Below are positions 19,691 through 29,084 of a stretch of DNA of 38,137 nt, piece by piece. Below the pieces are notes generated by a model. It did not search any database and was not told the DNA's origin. It saw nothing but the letters and a program-made list of their open reading frames with translations. How positions within the stretch are numbered: position 1 is the stretch's first letter; each line of letters starts with the position of its first letter. The position numbers and the translations under genes are program-made. The DNA comes from an uncultured Halobacteriales archaeon (lineage in GTDB: Archaea; Halobacteriota; Halobacteria; Halobacteriales; Haloarculaceae): assembly GCA_964477945.1 (NCBI GenBank), contig CAYZGA010000001.1, forward strand, positions 2,008 to 40,144, written 5' to 3'.

Positions 19691-21607
19691 CTACCCGCTC
19701 GTCTCGTCGCTCTCGTCGCTATCCTCGTCTATCTCGTCACCGAGGATATCGCTCGGCGAGAGCTGTTCCCCGTCCTCGCCGTCGGCACCGCCCGCGGATT
19801 CGCCGGTCTCCGACCCGTCGCCGGTCCCGTCCGACTCGGGACTTCCGTCGCCCGGTCCGTCGCCGACCTGCGAACTCCCGCCCGATTCGTCTGACCCGGG
19901 GCTGTCGCTTTCGTCAGCCGGTCCGTCGCCGACCTGCGGACCCCCAACTGGCTGGTCCGACTCTCGAGTACCGCTATCGCCGGGCGGTGGACCGCCAGTC
20001 TGCTGATCCGGCCCGGGACTGCCACTGTCGCCGGGCGGTGGACCTCCAACCGGCTGGTCCGACTGCCGGGCGTCACTGTCGTCGGGCGGTGGACCTCCAA
20101 CCGGTTGGTCGGGTCCGGAGCCGCCCCGCTCGTCCGGAGCCGGCGACTGTCCGGGGCTGCCGGCCCCCGGACCGCCTCCACTCGACTCGTCGGGACCGGG
20201 ACCACCGGATGCTGGCGGCTGTTCACCCCGTTCCCTGGGGCCGCCGGGACCCGACCCCCCAGTATCCTCGGAACCGGGAGCGCCGGCCGGACCACCCGAC
20301 GCCGGCGGCCGGTCGCGCCCCGGGTACTGGTCGTCGGGTGCCCGTTCACCGGACCGACCCCGCTGTGTGGCCGTCGACTGTCCCCCGGCCGGTTGCTCCT
20401 GTTCTCGCGATGCCCCCCGGTTCGGCTGGCTGGCGGTCTGCCGTGCCCGGTAGGCGACGGCCCCGACCGCGCCGCCGATGGCCGCGAACAACACCGGGTA
20501 GACGATACCCGCGAGCAGGATGCCCCGGACGCTGGTGCCGAGCAGGTAGTTCATCGACTCGATGGCCTCTGGCGACCAGCCATCCGGGAACTGGTCCTCG
20601 AACTCCTGTGCGGTCAGACCGGCCTGCGCGACAACGACCAGCAACACCGGGATGACGTAGCCGGTTGCGAGTCGCGCACCCTCGCCGAGACCGACCGCCG
20701 GACTGTCACGCCTGTAGCCGTAGGCGAGTATCGCGCCGAACAGCAACGGCACCAGTGCGGCGAACCACGACGGGATGACCGTGCTGACCTCGAGTCCGTG
20801 TTCGCCGACGAACTCGGCGAGGAAATCCGCCCACCCTTTCGCACCGTCGACATCCGAGAGGCTACTCGCGTCAGCGCGGTCGCTCGGTGGCCCGCTGATG
20901 GAGAAACTACTCGCGAGACTGGACCCGTCGAACGGGTCCCCGAGGAGGAACAGCGGCAACCCGGCCAGGAACGCGCCGACGCCGCCGAGCATCCCCCACC
21001 CCGAGACGAGTCGCGCCCGTGAGCGAACCGTCGCCCCGATTGCGGTGAACACCCCGGCGTACAACAGTGTCACCGGCAGGAGCACGACCAGGTCCGGCGA
21101 CGTGTCGGTGTCGGCGACGGCGACCGCCAGGAACAGCACGAGCGCGAACCAGATTGTGAGCGACATCCCCGCGAGAATCGACTCCAGCGGGCGCCTGGTC
21201 GTGCCCTGTTTTATGTGCCTCCCCGCGAGTGCGTACCCGCCGACCAGCAACACAAGCGCCGGAACGAGCATGTGCAGCGCCGGGCCGACCCCGAACGCGT
21301 TCGAGTCGAGCGCGGTCTGGTAGCCGAGGGTCGTCCCGAGCAGGTCGACCTGGGTAACCCCGTCGAACAGGACCCCACCGACACTCTCGTAGTAGACGAG
21401 AATCGCGAAATCAAGTTGCTGGCCCCCGCCGACGTCGAGGAACGTAACGGGAAGATACGTCAGGATGAACCCCAGGAGCCACACGGCGACGCCAGCGATA
21501 ATCGACTCCGGCCAGACCACTATCTCCCGTGCCCACCTGATGTAGGCCGCGACACCACCGGTCTGCGATTGTCCCCCTCGCCCCGGCCTCGGCTGGTTGC
21601 CTGCCAT
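19691..21607 (-). CDS. Polytopic membrane protein with two similar hydrophobic halves and a long Pro/Gly/Asp-rich C-terminal tail
   Basis: About 8 hydrophobic segments in residues ~30-385, with similar motifs in each half (LVP.L..., LY..VF.AIG and VYPVLFAAIGG), followed by a ~250-aa low-complexity tail. Confidence 0.75.
   Translation of the reverse strand: MAGNQPRPGRGGQSQTGGVAAYIRWAREIVVWPESIIAGVAVWLLGFILTYLPVTFLDVGGGQQLDFAILVYYESVGGVLFDGVTQVDLLGTTLGYQTALDSNAFGVGPALHMLVPALVLLVGGYALAGRHIKQGTTRRPLESILAGMSLTIWFALVLFLAVAVADTDTSPDLVVLLPVTLLYAGVFTAIGATVRSRARLVSGWGMLGGVGAFLAGLPLFLLGDPFDGSSLASSFSISGPPSDRADASSLSDVDGAKGWADFLAEFVGEHGLEVSTVIPSWFAALVPLLFGAILAYGYRRDSPAVGLGEGARLATGYVIPVLLVVVAQAGLTAQEFEDQFPDGWSPEAIESMNYLLGTSVRGILLAGIVYPVLFAAIGGAVGAVAYRARQTASQPNRGASREQEQPAGGQSTATQRGRSGERAPDDQYPGRDRPPASGGPAGAPGSEDTGGSGPGGPRERGEQPPASGGPGPDESSGGGPGAGSPGQSPAPDERGGSGPDQPVGGPPPDDSDARQSDQPVGGPPPGDSGSPGPDQQTGGPPPGDSGTRESDQPVGGPQVGDGPADESDSPGSDESGGSSQVGDGPGDGSPESDGTGDGSETGESAGGADGEDGEQLSPSDILGDEIDEDSDESDETSG
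19935..20115 (-). repeat. 51-bp imperfect tandem repeat (17 aa, DQPVGGPPPxDS...), about 3.5 copies
   Basis: gggcggtggacc recurs at 19982, 20033 and 20084 (period 51). Confidence 0.85.
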
Positions 21608-21731
21608 GTCTACTCACTCGGACAACAGCGCAAAAACAATTACGACCGTTCGACGACACCACACGCGGGGGTGACGGCTCGCCCTGCGGACAGACCCGTT
21701 CGACTCGACTGGCAGACCTCGCGGTCCCGGG

Positions 21732-22943
21732 TCAGTCCGAGCCGTCGGCCCTGGGTTCGCCGGCGGCCGGTTCGGGTATCACGCGGGCGTCGCTCTCGTC
21801 ACGCCGCTGGAGGGTCCGGGTGGGGAACGGCATCCCGATGTCCTCGGCCTCGAAGCGCTCTTTCACACTGTGGATAACATCTCTGCGGGCGCGCCGGGCA
21901 TCGAGCGGATTCGGGTCGTCGATCCAGTACAGCAGTTCGAGCACGACTGCGGAGTCACCGAACGTCGTCGCGGTGGCCTCCGGGGGTGGTCCGTCGACGA
22001 CGGTGTCGGCGCTCTCGACGGCCGCGAGCGCGACCTGCTCGGCGTGGGCGGGGTCCGCGTCGTAGTCGACACCGACCTCGGTCTGCAGGCGCAGCACCTC
22101 CTGGTAGCTCAGGTTGCGTATCGGCTGGTTGCTGACAGAGTCGTTCGGGATGGTGACCTGCCTGCCGTCGAACTCCTGGAGCTTGGTGTGCATGACCGTG
22201 ATGTGGGTGACAGTTCCCTCGTAGTCGCCGATCTGGACCCAGTCACCGACGGTGAACGGTCGCGTGAACATCAACACGAGTCCGGCTACCATCGACCCGA
22301 GGGTCTGGCGCGCCGCGAGTCCGATGATGACGCTGAGCGCGCCCGCACCTACGAGCAACCCGGAGAGGTTGAACCCCCAGAGGGTGAACAGTCCGGAGGC
22401 GACGACCAGCATGATGGCGAGGTGACCGACCCGGAGCATAATCTCCTCCTGATGGGCGGTGATGCGCTCGGTTTCGTCGCTGAACTCCCGAACACCGCTC
22501 TGGAGGCCGTCGGCCACGGCGTACGCCAGTGCGAGCACGACGAGTGTCAGGAGGAACTGCCCGGCAAAGGGGAGTGAGGTCCACAGGAGGTCCACCACGG
22601 TCACCGCGGCGTCTACCATACCCCACGTGACGAGCAACGCGACGGCGGCAGTCCCGAGGACGATGGCCTGCAGACCGCGAAGCGTGACGCCGGTGACCGT
22701 TGTCGGGAGCGCCGCGTTGAGGATATCGAGTATCTCGACCACGCCGTCGGGGAGCACGCGCCCCCGGACCACGCTGCTGGTCGCCCGGAGTGCCGCCGGG
22801 AGCACCGCGAGCGCCACCGACAGCGCCGCCACGAGTACGACCGCGGTCGTGACGAGTCGCCCCTCGGTGGTGGCCAACTGCCGGACGGGTTCCTCGACAG
22901 CCTCGAACCCCGAGAGCACGGCAGGCGAACCCGACACGTCCAT
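21732..22943 (-). CDS. mscS: Small-conductance mechanosensitive channel family protein
   Basis: LLVGAGALSVIIGLAARQTLGSMVAG, RPFTVGDWVQIG, GTVTHI, VTIPN, GVDYDAD, FGDSAV, IGMPFP. Confidence 0.92.
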   Translation of the reverse strand: MDVSGSPAVLSGFEAVEEPVRQLATTEGRLVTTAVVLVAALSVALAVLPAALRATSSVVRGRVLPDGVVEILDILNAALPTTVTGVTLRGLQAIVLGTAAVALLVTWGMVDAAVTVVDLLWTSLPFAGQFLLTLVVLALAYAVADGLQSGVREFSDETERITAHQEEIMLRVGHLAIMLVVASGLFTLWGFNLSGLLVGAGALSVIIGLAARQTLGSMVAGLVLMFTRPFTVGDWVQIGDYEGTVTHITVMHTKLQEFDGRQVTIPNDSVSNQPIRNLSYQEVLRLQTEVGVDYDADPAHAEQVALAAVESADTVVDGPPPEATATTFGDSAVVLELLYWIDDPNPLDARRARRDVIHSVKERFEAEDIGMPFPTRTLQRRDESDARVIPEPAAGEPRADGSD

Positions 22944-23295
22944 ACCTGCTGTATCGGTCCGGCCGGTCTTGGGCGTTGTCCTCCGGTTGTGGTCGGCGCG
23001 ACCAGTCGGATTTTCCCCTCAGTGTCCGATCCGGTATGGACAACAGCCGAAACAAACACGCCAGTCCGAACCCCCGGAAGGCGGGACCCCCTACCAGCAG
23101 ACCTTCGAGGAGGGGCTGTCGTTGTCCCCTCCGTCCTCACCGGACGCTGGGGACGAACGGTGTCGTCGCCGTCGGTGCGAACAGCGTCCCGACAGACCTG
23201 GTCTCGTACTGTCCTAGTGGGGACTCGCTGAACGCGACCCACATCTGAGGTGGCGCGGCGGCGTTCGGTCTGGTCTCGTTCGCCGGCGTGGCAGC

Positions 23296-25503
23296 CTACC
23301 GTGCGCTGGTCGAGAACGACTGCCCCTCCTCGACGGTCTCGACACCGTCGAACTCGAAGCGCGCCCCGCCCTCGCTGCTGCTCGTTATCTCGACCTCCCA
23401 GCCGTGTGCCTCGGCGATTCTGGTGACAATCGAGAGCCCGAACCCGGTCCCGCCGCGTCTGGTGCTGTAGCCGGGGTCGAGCACCTCCTCGCGCTCGCTC
23501 TCCGGGATACCGCGGCCGTTGTCCTCGACGTACAGCCTTCCGTCGAACCCGACAGTGACGACGAGCTGGCTGCTGTCGTCACCGTCGCCGTCGCTGGTTC
23601 GGTCCCCACCGGGGTCGTCGGTGAGAGCGTGGCCGTCGCCACCGTCGGTCTCGGTTCGGGTCCGGGGTGTCCCGGTGTCGTCGGGGGCGGCGTGTTCGAC
23701 GGCGTTTCTGAAGAGGTTCTCGAACAGCTGGAGCAGGCGGTCGCGGTCGGCCTCGATGGTGACGTCGTCGGCGACGACGAGTCTGGCCTGCCCGGTTTCG
23801 ACGTGGCCCCAGCCGGCCCGGGCGGTCCCACCGAGCGACACCGGTTCCGTCTCGCCGATCGACCTGCCCTCACGGGCGAGGGTCAGCACGTCGTCGATGA
23901 TAGCCTCCATCCGTTCCAGCGACTCCCCGACCGTCTCGAGGTGGGGGTCGGCGTCGGCACCGGGCTCGCGTGCCAGTTCGAGCCGGCCCTGCGCGACGTT
24001 GAGCGGGTTGCGCAGGTCGTGGCTGATGACGCTCGCGAACTCCTCGAGTTGCTCGTTTGCCCGTTCGAGCTCCTGCTCGCGCTGTTTGCGCTCGGTGATC
24101 TCGCGGGCGTTGACGACAATCCCCTCGATAAAGGGGTTGTCGAGCAGGTTCCAGACAGACGCCTCCAGGTAGAGCCAGTTCCCGTCGGCGTCGGCGACAC
24201 GGTACTCGTAGCGGAACCTCCCGCCGGCGTCCCCGAGCAACTCCTCGAACAGCGCCTCGAACTCCTCGCGGTCCTCGCGATGGACGAGTTCGAAGGCGTT
24301 CTGCCCGACGATCGTCTCGGGCTCGACACCGGTAATCGACTCGACCGAGGGGCTGGCGTAGCTCAGTGTCCGGTCGCGGTCGACGACCAGAATCATGTCC
24401 CGGGAGTTCTCTATCAGCGCCTGGTAGCGGCGCTGTACCCGTCGCCTGTCGGTGATGTCCTGAACCAGCAGGAGTCGGCCGACGAGCCGGTCGTCGTCGT
24501 ACAGCGACGAGACGGTCACGGTCAGGAACCGCCGGTCGTCACCGCGCCGCAGTTGTATGTCAGTTTCGGCTCTCGTTCCGTGTTCGTGTTCGTCGACCAC
24601 CTCCCTGCAGGCGGGGAACACCTGTCTGACCGGCTCACCGACAGCGGTCCCGGTCACGTCGAACAGGTCCCGTGCGGCGTCGTTCAGGTCGATGACCCGG
24701 TCGTCCCTGTCGAGCACGACGTACCCGTCGCGCATCCCCTCGATGACGGTGTCACGGGCGACGGGCACGACATCGAGCAGCCGGTGCTGGAAGATGGCGT
24801 ACCCGAAACAGAGCCCGGTGAACGCGAACCCGATGGGGCTGAGATCGACAAAGTCGGGGGCGAGCGGCTGGCGCCCCAGCGCGAACAGCACGCCAACCAC
24901 GAGTGCGGCTCCGGTCCCGGCGACGAGCGCGAGACGCTGTCGCCGGTAGACGGTGGTCTCACCGAACGCTGTCCGCAGCAGGTAGTACAGTCCTGTCAGC
25001 CCTGCCGTGACCGTGTAGGTCAGATACGCGTAGAACGGCGGCTGGAACGTGCGGCGGTGGACGACTAGTTCCCCCCACCAGCCGCTCTCCGACGGGAACC
25101 CCTCACTGACCCAGAGCAACTCGTGTTGAAAGTTGGTCGCCGCGACGCCGACGACGACCAGCGGCACAGCGAGCAACAGTCCGACGGTCCGCTGTGTCAG
25201 CAGGTGCCTGCGACCGGTGAACGCCAGTCCGAAAAACAGCACAGACATCGTGGCCCCACCGTAGCCCACGTAAACCATCGACAGCCAGAACCGCGACACC
25301 CCCGGGTCGACGAACAGCAACTCCCCCGTTCGCGCGACTGTCCAGATTGACACCGACAGCACGATTCCGACAAACGACAGGATGGTCTCACTCGCCCCCG
25401 TCCACGCGCGGTACCTGCGCACCCCGTAGACGGTCAATCCGAGCGTCACGGCTGCCGAGACGACGTACGGAACCAGAAGCGGGGTAAACTGGAGTTCGAC
25501 CAT
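23296..25503 (-). CDS. Sensor histidine kinase (HisKA_7TM N-terminus, two PAS domains, HisKA, HATPase_c)
   Basis: Seven-TM N-terminus; PAS (MRDGYVVLD...DLNDAA and SRDMILVVD...YASPS); H-box ISHDLRNPL; N-box ENLFRNAVEH; DNGRGIP; GTGFGL. Confidence 0.93.
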   Translation of the reverse strand: MVELQFTPLLVPYVVSAAVTLGLTVYGVRRYRAWTGASETILSFVGIVLSVSIWTVARTGELLFVDPGVSRFWLSMVYVGYGGATMSVLFFGLAFTGRRHLLTQRTVGLLLAVPLVVVGVAATNFQHELLWVSEGFPSESGWWGELVVHRRTFQPPFYAYLTYTVTAGLTGLYYLLRTAFGETTVYRRQRLALVAGTGAALVVGVLFALGRQPLAPDFVDLSPIGFAFTGLCFGYAIFQHRLLDVVPVARDTVIEGMRDGYVVLDRDDRVIDLNDAARDLFDVTGTAVGEPVRQVFPACREVVDEHEHGTRAETDIQLRRGDDRRFLTVTVSSLYDDDRLVGRLLLVQDITDRRRVQRRYQALIENSRDMILVVDRDRTLSYASPSVESITGVEPETIVGQNAFELVHREDREEFEALFEELLGDAGGRFRYEYRVADADGNWLYLEASVWNLLDNPFIEGIVVNAREITERKQREQELERANEQLEEFASVISHDLRNPLNVAQGRLELAREPGADADPHLETVGESLERMEAIIDDVLTLAREGRSIGETEPVSLGGTARAGWGHVETGQARLVVADDVTIEADRDRLLQLFENLFRNAVEHAAPDDTGTPRTRTETDGGDGHALTDDPGGDRTSDGDGDDSSQLVVTVGFDGRLYVEDNGRGIPESEREEVLDPGYSTRRGGTGFGLSIVTRIAEAHGWEVEITSSSEGGARFEFDGVETVEEGQSFSTSAR

Positions 25504-25608
25504 CGTTCGGCGTTCCCGGTGTGTTCGAGTCCGTGTAGGTACTGTTTTGCGCCGTGGGCTTATTAGTGCTGATTCGACAGACTGTCCGGTCTGCCGGGAC
25601 GCGGCGGG

Positions 25609-26271
25609 TCAGGAGGCCCGCGCGTCGAGTCGCTGGCGCAGTGTCTCCGCGAGACCGGTGAGGTACGCGGTCCCCCAGAGCGCGACGGCGACCCCGCCGA
25701 GTGTGTTGAACACCAGGTCGAGCAGTGTGTCGTCGAGCCCGTGCTGTGTGAACCCTGTCGAACTGAGTCCCAGCGCCCCGCTGGCGACGGCGATGCTGAA
25801 CTCGATGAGCTCCCAGATGACACCGAACGCGACGACAAAGACCACCAGAAACGCGAACATGTACCGGGGCGGGAGGTGAATCCCGTCGGAGTGCTCGTCG
25901 AGTGCTCTGACAGTCGCGTAGCCGACACCGGTCACCACCGACGCCGAGAGCGCGTGTGTCAGGTGGTCGTAGTACGGAATCCCCGCATACAGCGAGGTGC
26001 CGGTACCGGGAATCCCGGCGACCCCGAGCGTGTGCAGGAACGCTGCGCCCGTTATCCAGAGGGTGAGCCCCGCGTCCATCGGGATGTCGAGGTCCCGTTC
26101 GAGCACGGCCGGGAGAAAGGTGACCGCGAGTCCGGTGCCGGTGGTGACGAGCAGGCTCGGTGCCCCTCGCTCCAGTCCGACGAAGAGCAACCCGAAAAGC
26201 ACCAGCTGCATCCCGCGGGCGAGGTGTCGCTGCTGACCCGTGGAGACACCGAGCCTGTCACGGAGTTTCAC
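25609..26271 (-). CDS. Membrane protein with YjdF/DUF2238/VanZ-like putative metal-binding motifs
   Basis: Multiple TM segments; motifs FLH, YDHLTH, WELIE, DTLLD. GTG start overlaps the upstream gene. Confidence 0.7.
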   Translation of the reverse strand: MKLRDRLGVSTGQQRHLARGMQLVLFGLLFVGLERGAPSLLVTTGTGLAVTFLPAVLERDLDIPMDAGLTLWITGAAFLHTLGVAGIPGTGTSLYAGIPYYDHLTHALSASVVTGVGYATVRALDEHSDGIHLPPRYMFAFLVVFVVAFGVIWELIEFSIAVASGALGLSSTGFTQHGLDDTLLDLVFNTLGGVAVALWGTAYLTGLAETLRQRLDARAS

Positions 26272-26887
26272 GCTCTGTCACCTCCTCGGGGAGTCGCTCG
26301 GGTGCCCCGCGCCGGCGGAAGTACCCCTCGAAGACCACACCGGCCACGAACCCGGCCAGCGCCGAGTAGAGAAACTCTATCATCAACTCGTCGTGAATCG
26401 TGTCGTCGCTCACACCTGCCTCCAGTAGCGTGTTGGTCCCGAGTGTGATATCCAGTGTCCAGCGCAGGAGCGCCCACAGTCCCGCGGTCGCGAGCGTCGC
26501 GAGCACGACGAAGCTGATGGCGAACCCGACAGTCATCCGGACCGTCGTAAAGAGGTCCAGTTCGACCGCGACGACCAGCGCGAGTGCGGCCACGGAGAGA
26601 TACAGGGTGAACTCGCGGATCGGACCGAACGTGGCGACCGCCCGACCGAACGTCGGGAGCGCGGCCAGCGCGATAACCTCCCACGGGAGCATCACCGTCG
26701 GGTCCCGAAACGCCACCGGGACTATCAGACACACCGCGAGCACGCCGCCGACGAACAGCGCCCACTGGATATCGCCGGCGACGGCGCTCTCGGCGGCGGC
26801 GAAACCGAGTACTGTCAGGAGCCCCCAGCCGACGAGCGCGTTCGCGCGCTGGTCGGCCAGCAGTTCCTCGGCGGACTGGGCTGCCAT
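26258..26887 (-). CDS. Hypothetical membrane protein (probable degenerate paralogue of 25609-26271)
   Basis: About 6 TM segments; same size and TM layout as the downstream gene; 14-nt overlap; TTTTAT on the minus strand about 25-30 nt upstream. Confidence 0.7.
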   Translation of the reverse strand: MAAQSAEELLADQRANALVGWGLLTVLGFAAAESAVAGDIQWALFVGGVLAVCLIVPVAFRDPTVMLPWEVIALAALPTFGRAVATFGPIREFTLYLSVAALALVVAVELDLFTTVRMTVGFAISFVVLATLATAGLWALLRWTLDITLGTNTLLEAGVSDDTIHDELMIEFLYSALAGFVAGVVFEGYFRRRGAPERLPEEVTERETP

Positions 26888-26941
26888 ACACGATAGACGG
26901 GCTACGTCTGATAAAACCTCGGGGGTCGAGTCCGTGCCAGG

Positions 26942-27871
26942 TCAGCCGACGGCGAGGTACGCGAGCAGGTAGGCGACCCACGCGACGGTGACTGTCGCCA
27001 GTCCGGTCACGAGCAGTGTCTCGCGGTCCCGTGCCGAGTTGATGTCGACCCGCGGGAGCCCGACAAGCGCGACCGCGGTCCCGACTGCGATGATGCCGAA
27101 CACGAACTGGTACGAGGTTGCGAGTGTCGGCTGTGGCAGCAGGGCAACAGCACCGGCGTACCCGGCACCGACCGCCGCGCGGCGGTCGAGACGCCGCCCT
27201 ATCGGGCGGTCCCGCAACCGGGTGTAGGCGACGACGGCCAGCCACACCGTCGCCATCTCGAGTCCGAACGCGCCGAGCAGGTGCAAAGTCGGGTCGCCCG
27301 ACAGCAACACCCGTTGGGGGAGCAGGTCCGAGCCAAAAGGGTACAGCAGTGTCGGTGACGTGCCGGTGAACACGTCACCGAACGGGTGGCTCGCGAGTCC
27401 GACCACCGCCGCCGCCCCGACACCGGCCGGGGTGAGACCGACCCGCTGGCCGATTGCCGCGACGAACACACCGGCCAGCAGGAACGACGCCATCACACCC
27501 CCCTCCAGGCTCCCCAGCTGTACCATCGTCACCACCACCAGTCCGACGAGCACTGCCGCCGCCAGCGGACGCGCCCGCCGGTCGGTGACCAGTCCAAAGA
27601 GCAGCGCCGCGGCGATTCCGAGCACAAACGAGTGTGTCAGCCCCCGGTGGACCAGGTTCCCGGTCTCCCAGAACACGTCGGGGAGTGCACCCGGGTCGAA
27701 CCCGCCGTTGGAGAACAGCCCGACCACGGCGTACCCGAGGTCCACGTCCGGAACGAAACCGAACGCGCCGGCGACGACGCCGAACCACAGCGCATGCTCG
27801 CGGTCGACATCGAGCGCCACCGCAATACCCGTCGCGAGCGCGAACGCCAGTGCCGCGTGACCGACCATCAT
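26942..27871 (-). CDS. Membrane-bound metal-dependent hydrolase (YdjM/DUF457-like)
   Basis: GH at the N-terminus, PDVD, HRGLTHS, SHPFGD, LLYPF. Confidence 0.85.
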   Translation of the reverse strand: MMVGHAALAFALATGIAVALDVDREHALWFGVVAGAFGFVPDVDLGYAVVGLFSNGGFDPGALPDVFWETGNLVHRGLTHSFVLGIAAALLFGLVTDRRARPLAAAVLVGLVVVTMVQLGSLEGGVMASFLLAGVFVAAIGQRVGLTPAGVGAAAVVGLASHPFGDVFTGTSPTLLYPFGSDLLPQRVLLSGDPTLHLLGAFGLEMATVWLAVVAYTRLRDRPIGRRLDRRAAVGAGYAGAVALLPQPTLATSYQFVFGIIAVGTAVALVGLPRVDINSARDRETLLVTGLATVTVAWVAYLLAYLAVG

Positions 27872-28022
27872 TTCACAGTCGTACGTGCCCGACTGTTCTC
27901 AACCCGTCGAACTGGCCGCACGAGCGCCAGGGTTGAGCCGGTCGCCCGAGTTCGGTGTCGTGGACTCGTCTCGTCGGTCGCGGTTGCCGGTCTCTGTGCT
28001 CGGCACGACCACACCGGGGCGC

Positions 28023-29084
28023 TCACAGCGAACCGGGGTCGAGTCCGGCGACCCACTGCCGCAGGAGCGCGTACAGCACGACCCCGAGTCCGGCAACTCC
28101 GGCGACGTGCGCGAACGTGGTGGTTGTGGCGCTGTCGGCGGCGAGCAGCGCCACTGTCGCCGCCGGGTGCTCCGGTGCGACGACGGCGACACCGAACAGC
28201 GCGAGCACGAGCACCGAGTACAGCAACTGCGCCTTCCGGCGGGTGCCGGTCAGGAGCGCCAGTCCGACCCCGACGCTGACCGTCACCAGCGCGATGGCCG
28301 CGACGAACACCACCAGCACGGCGACGTTGCTGACGGCGAACCCGTTGAACGTCAGGAGTCCGATCCACAGCAGCGCCTGCCCCGGCGCGAGCACCGCCAT
28401 CGCGGCGGCCTTTCCGTCGACGATGTCCACGAGCGAGACCGGTGCGACGCGCAACAGTTCGAGCGTGCCCCGCTCGAGCTCCTCGGTGATGGAGTCGACG
28501 ACGATAGAGCCGCTGAGAAACGGCGGCAGAAAGAGCAACAGGGGCAACAGGATGGTGTAGGTGAACCCGAAGAAGTCGTTTCCCTCGCTCTCGGGTGGCA
28601 CGTCCAGCGGCTCGAACTCCAGGTTGCCCGCCCGTGCGGTCCGTTCGGCCGCCTCGACGTCTGAGAGATACGAGCGCAACGAGACCACGATGAGCGTCGT
28701 CCGGAGGTCCTCGGCGGGTGCGACCGCGTCCACCTGGATGCGTACCCCCGTCTCGTTGGCCACGGACAGCGGCTGGCCGGTCACCACCGCGTCCACCTCG
28801 CCGTCGTCGAACGCCGCCAGCGCGTCCGTCCGGTTCGCGTAGCGCTCGGGTGTGACGTCGTCGCTCTCCTCGGCAACCGCGACGAGCCGGTCCTGCGTCT
28901 CGCCGGAGATACCGACCGTGATGCCGTCACCGTCTATCGCCCCCGGGTCGTACAGCGAGGTGAGTCCGACGACCAGAAACGAGGAAAAGCCCGCGATGAC
29001 CAGCTGGATGAGCAGGGCCAGCACGATTGTCTTCTCGCGGCTCAGCGCACCCAGCTCCCGCCGGGCGATGGTCCAACTAGACAC
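28023..29084 (-). CDS. ABC transporter permease (ABC-2/NatB-like)
   Basis: IARREL N-terminus, TM1, extracytoplasmic domain, SITEELERGTLELLRVAPVS..IVDGK, further TM helices. Confidence 0.9.
   Translation of the reverse strand: MSSWTIARRELGALSREKTIVLALLIQLVIAGFSSFLVVGLTSLYDPGAIDGDGITVGISGETQDRLVAVAEESDDVTPERYANRTDALAAFDDGEVDAVVTGQPLSVANETGVRIQVDAVAPAEDLRTTLIVVSLRSYLSDVEAAERTARAGNLEFEPLDVPPESEGNDFFGFTYTILLPLLLFLPPFLSGSIVVDSITEELERGTLELLRVAPVSLVDIVDGKAAAMAVLAPGQALLWIGLLTFNGFAVSNVAVLVVFVAAIALVTVSVGVGLALLTGTRRKAQLLYSVLVLALFGVAVVAPEHPAATVALLAADSATTTTFAHVAGVAGLGVVLYALLRQWVAGLDPGSL

Noticed and set aside
22976..23248. Small + strand ORF (MDNSRNKH...) between mscS and the kinase
   Set aside because: Basic composition atypical for haloarchaea; no promoter or motif support.
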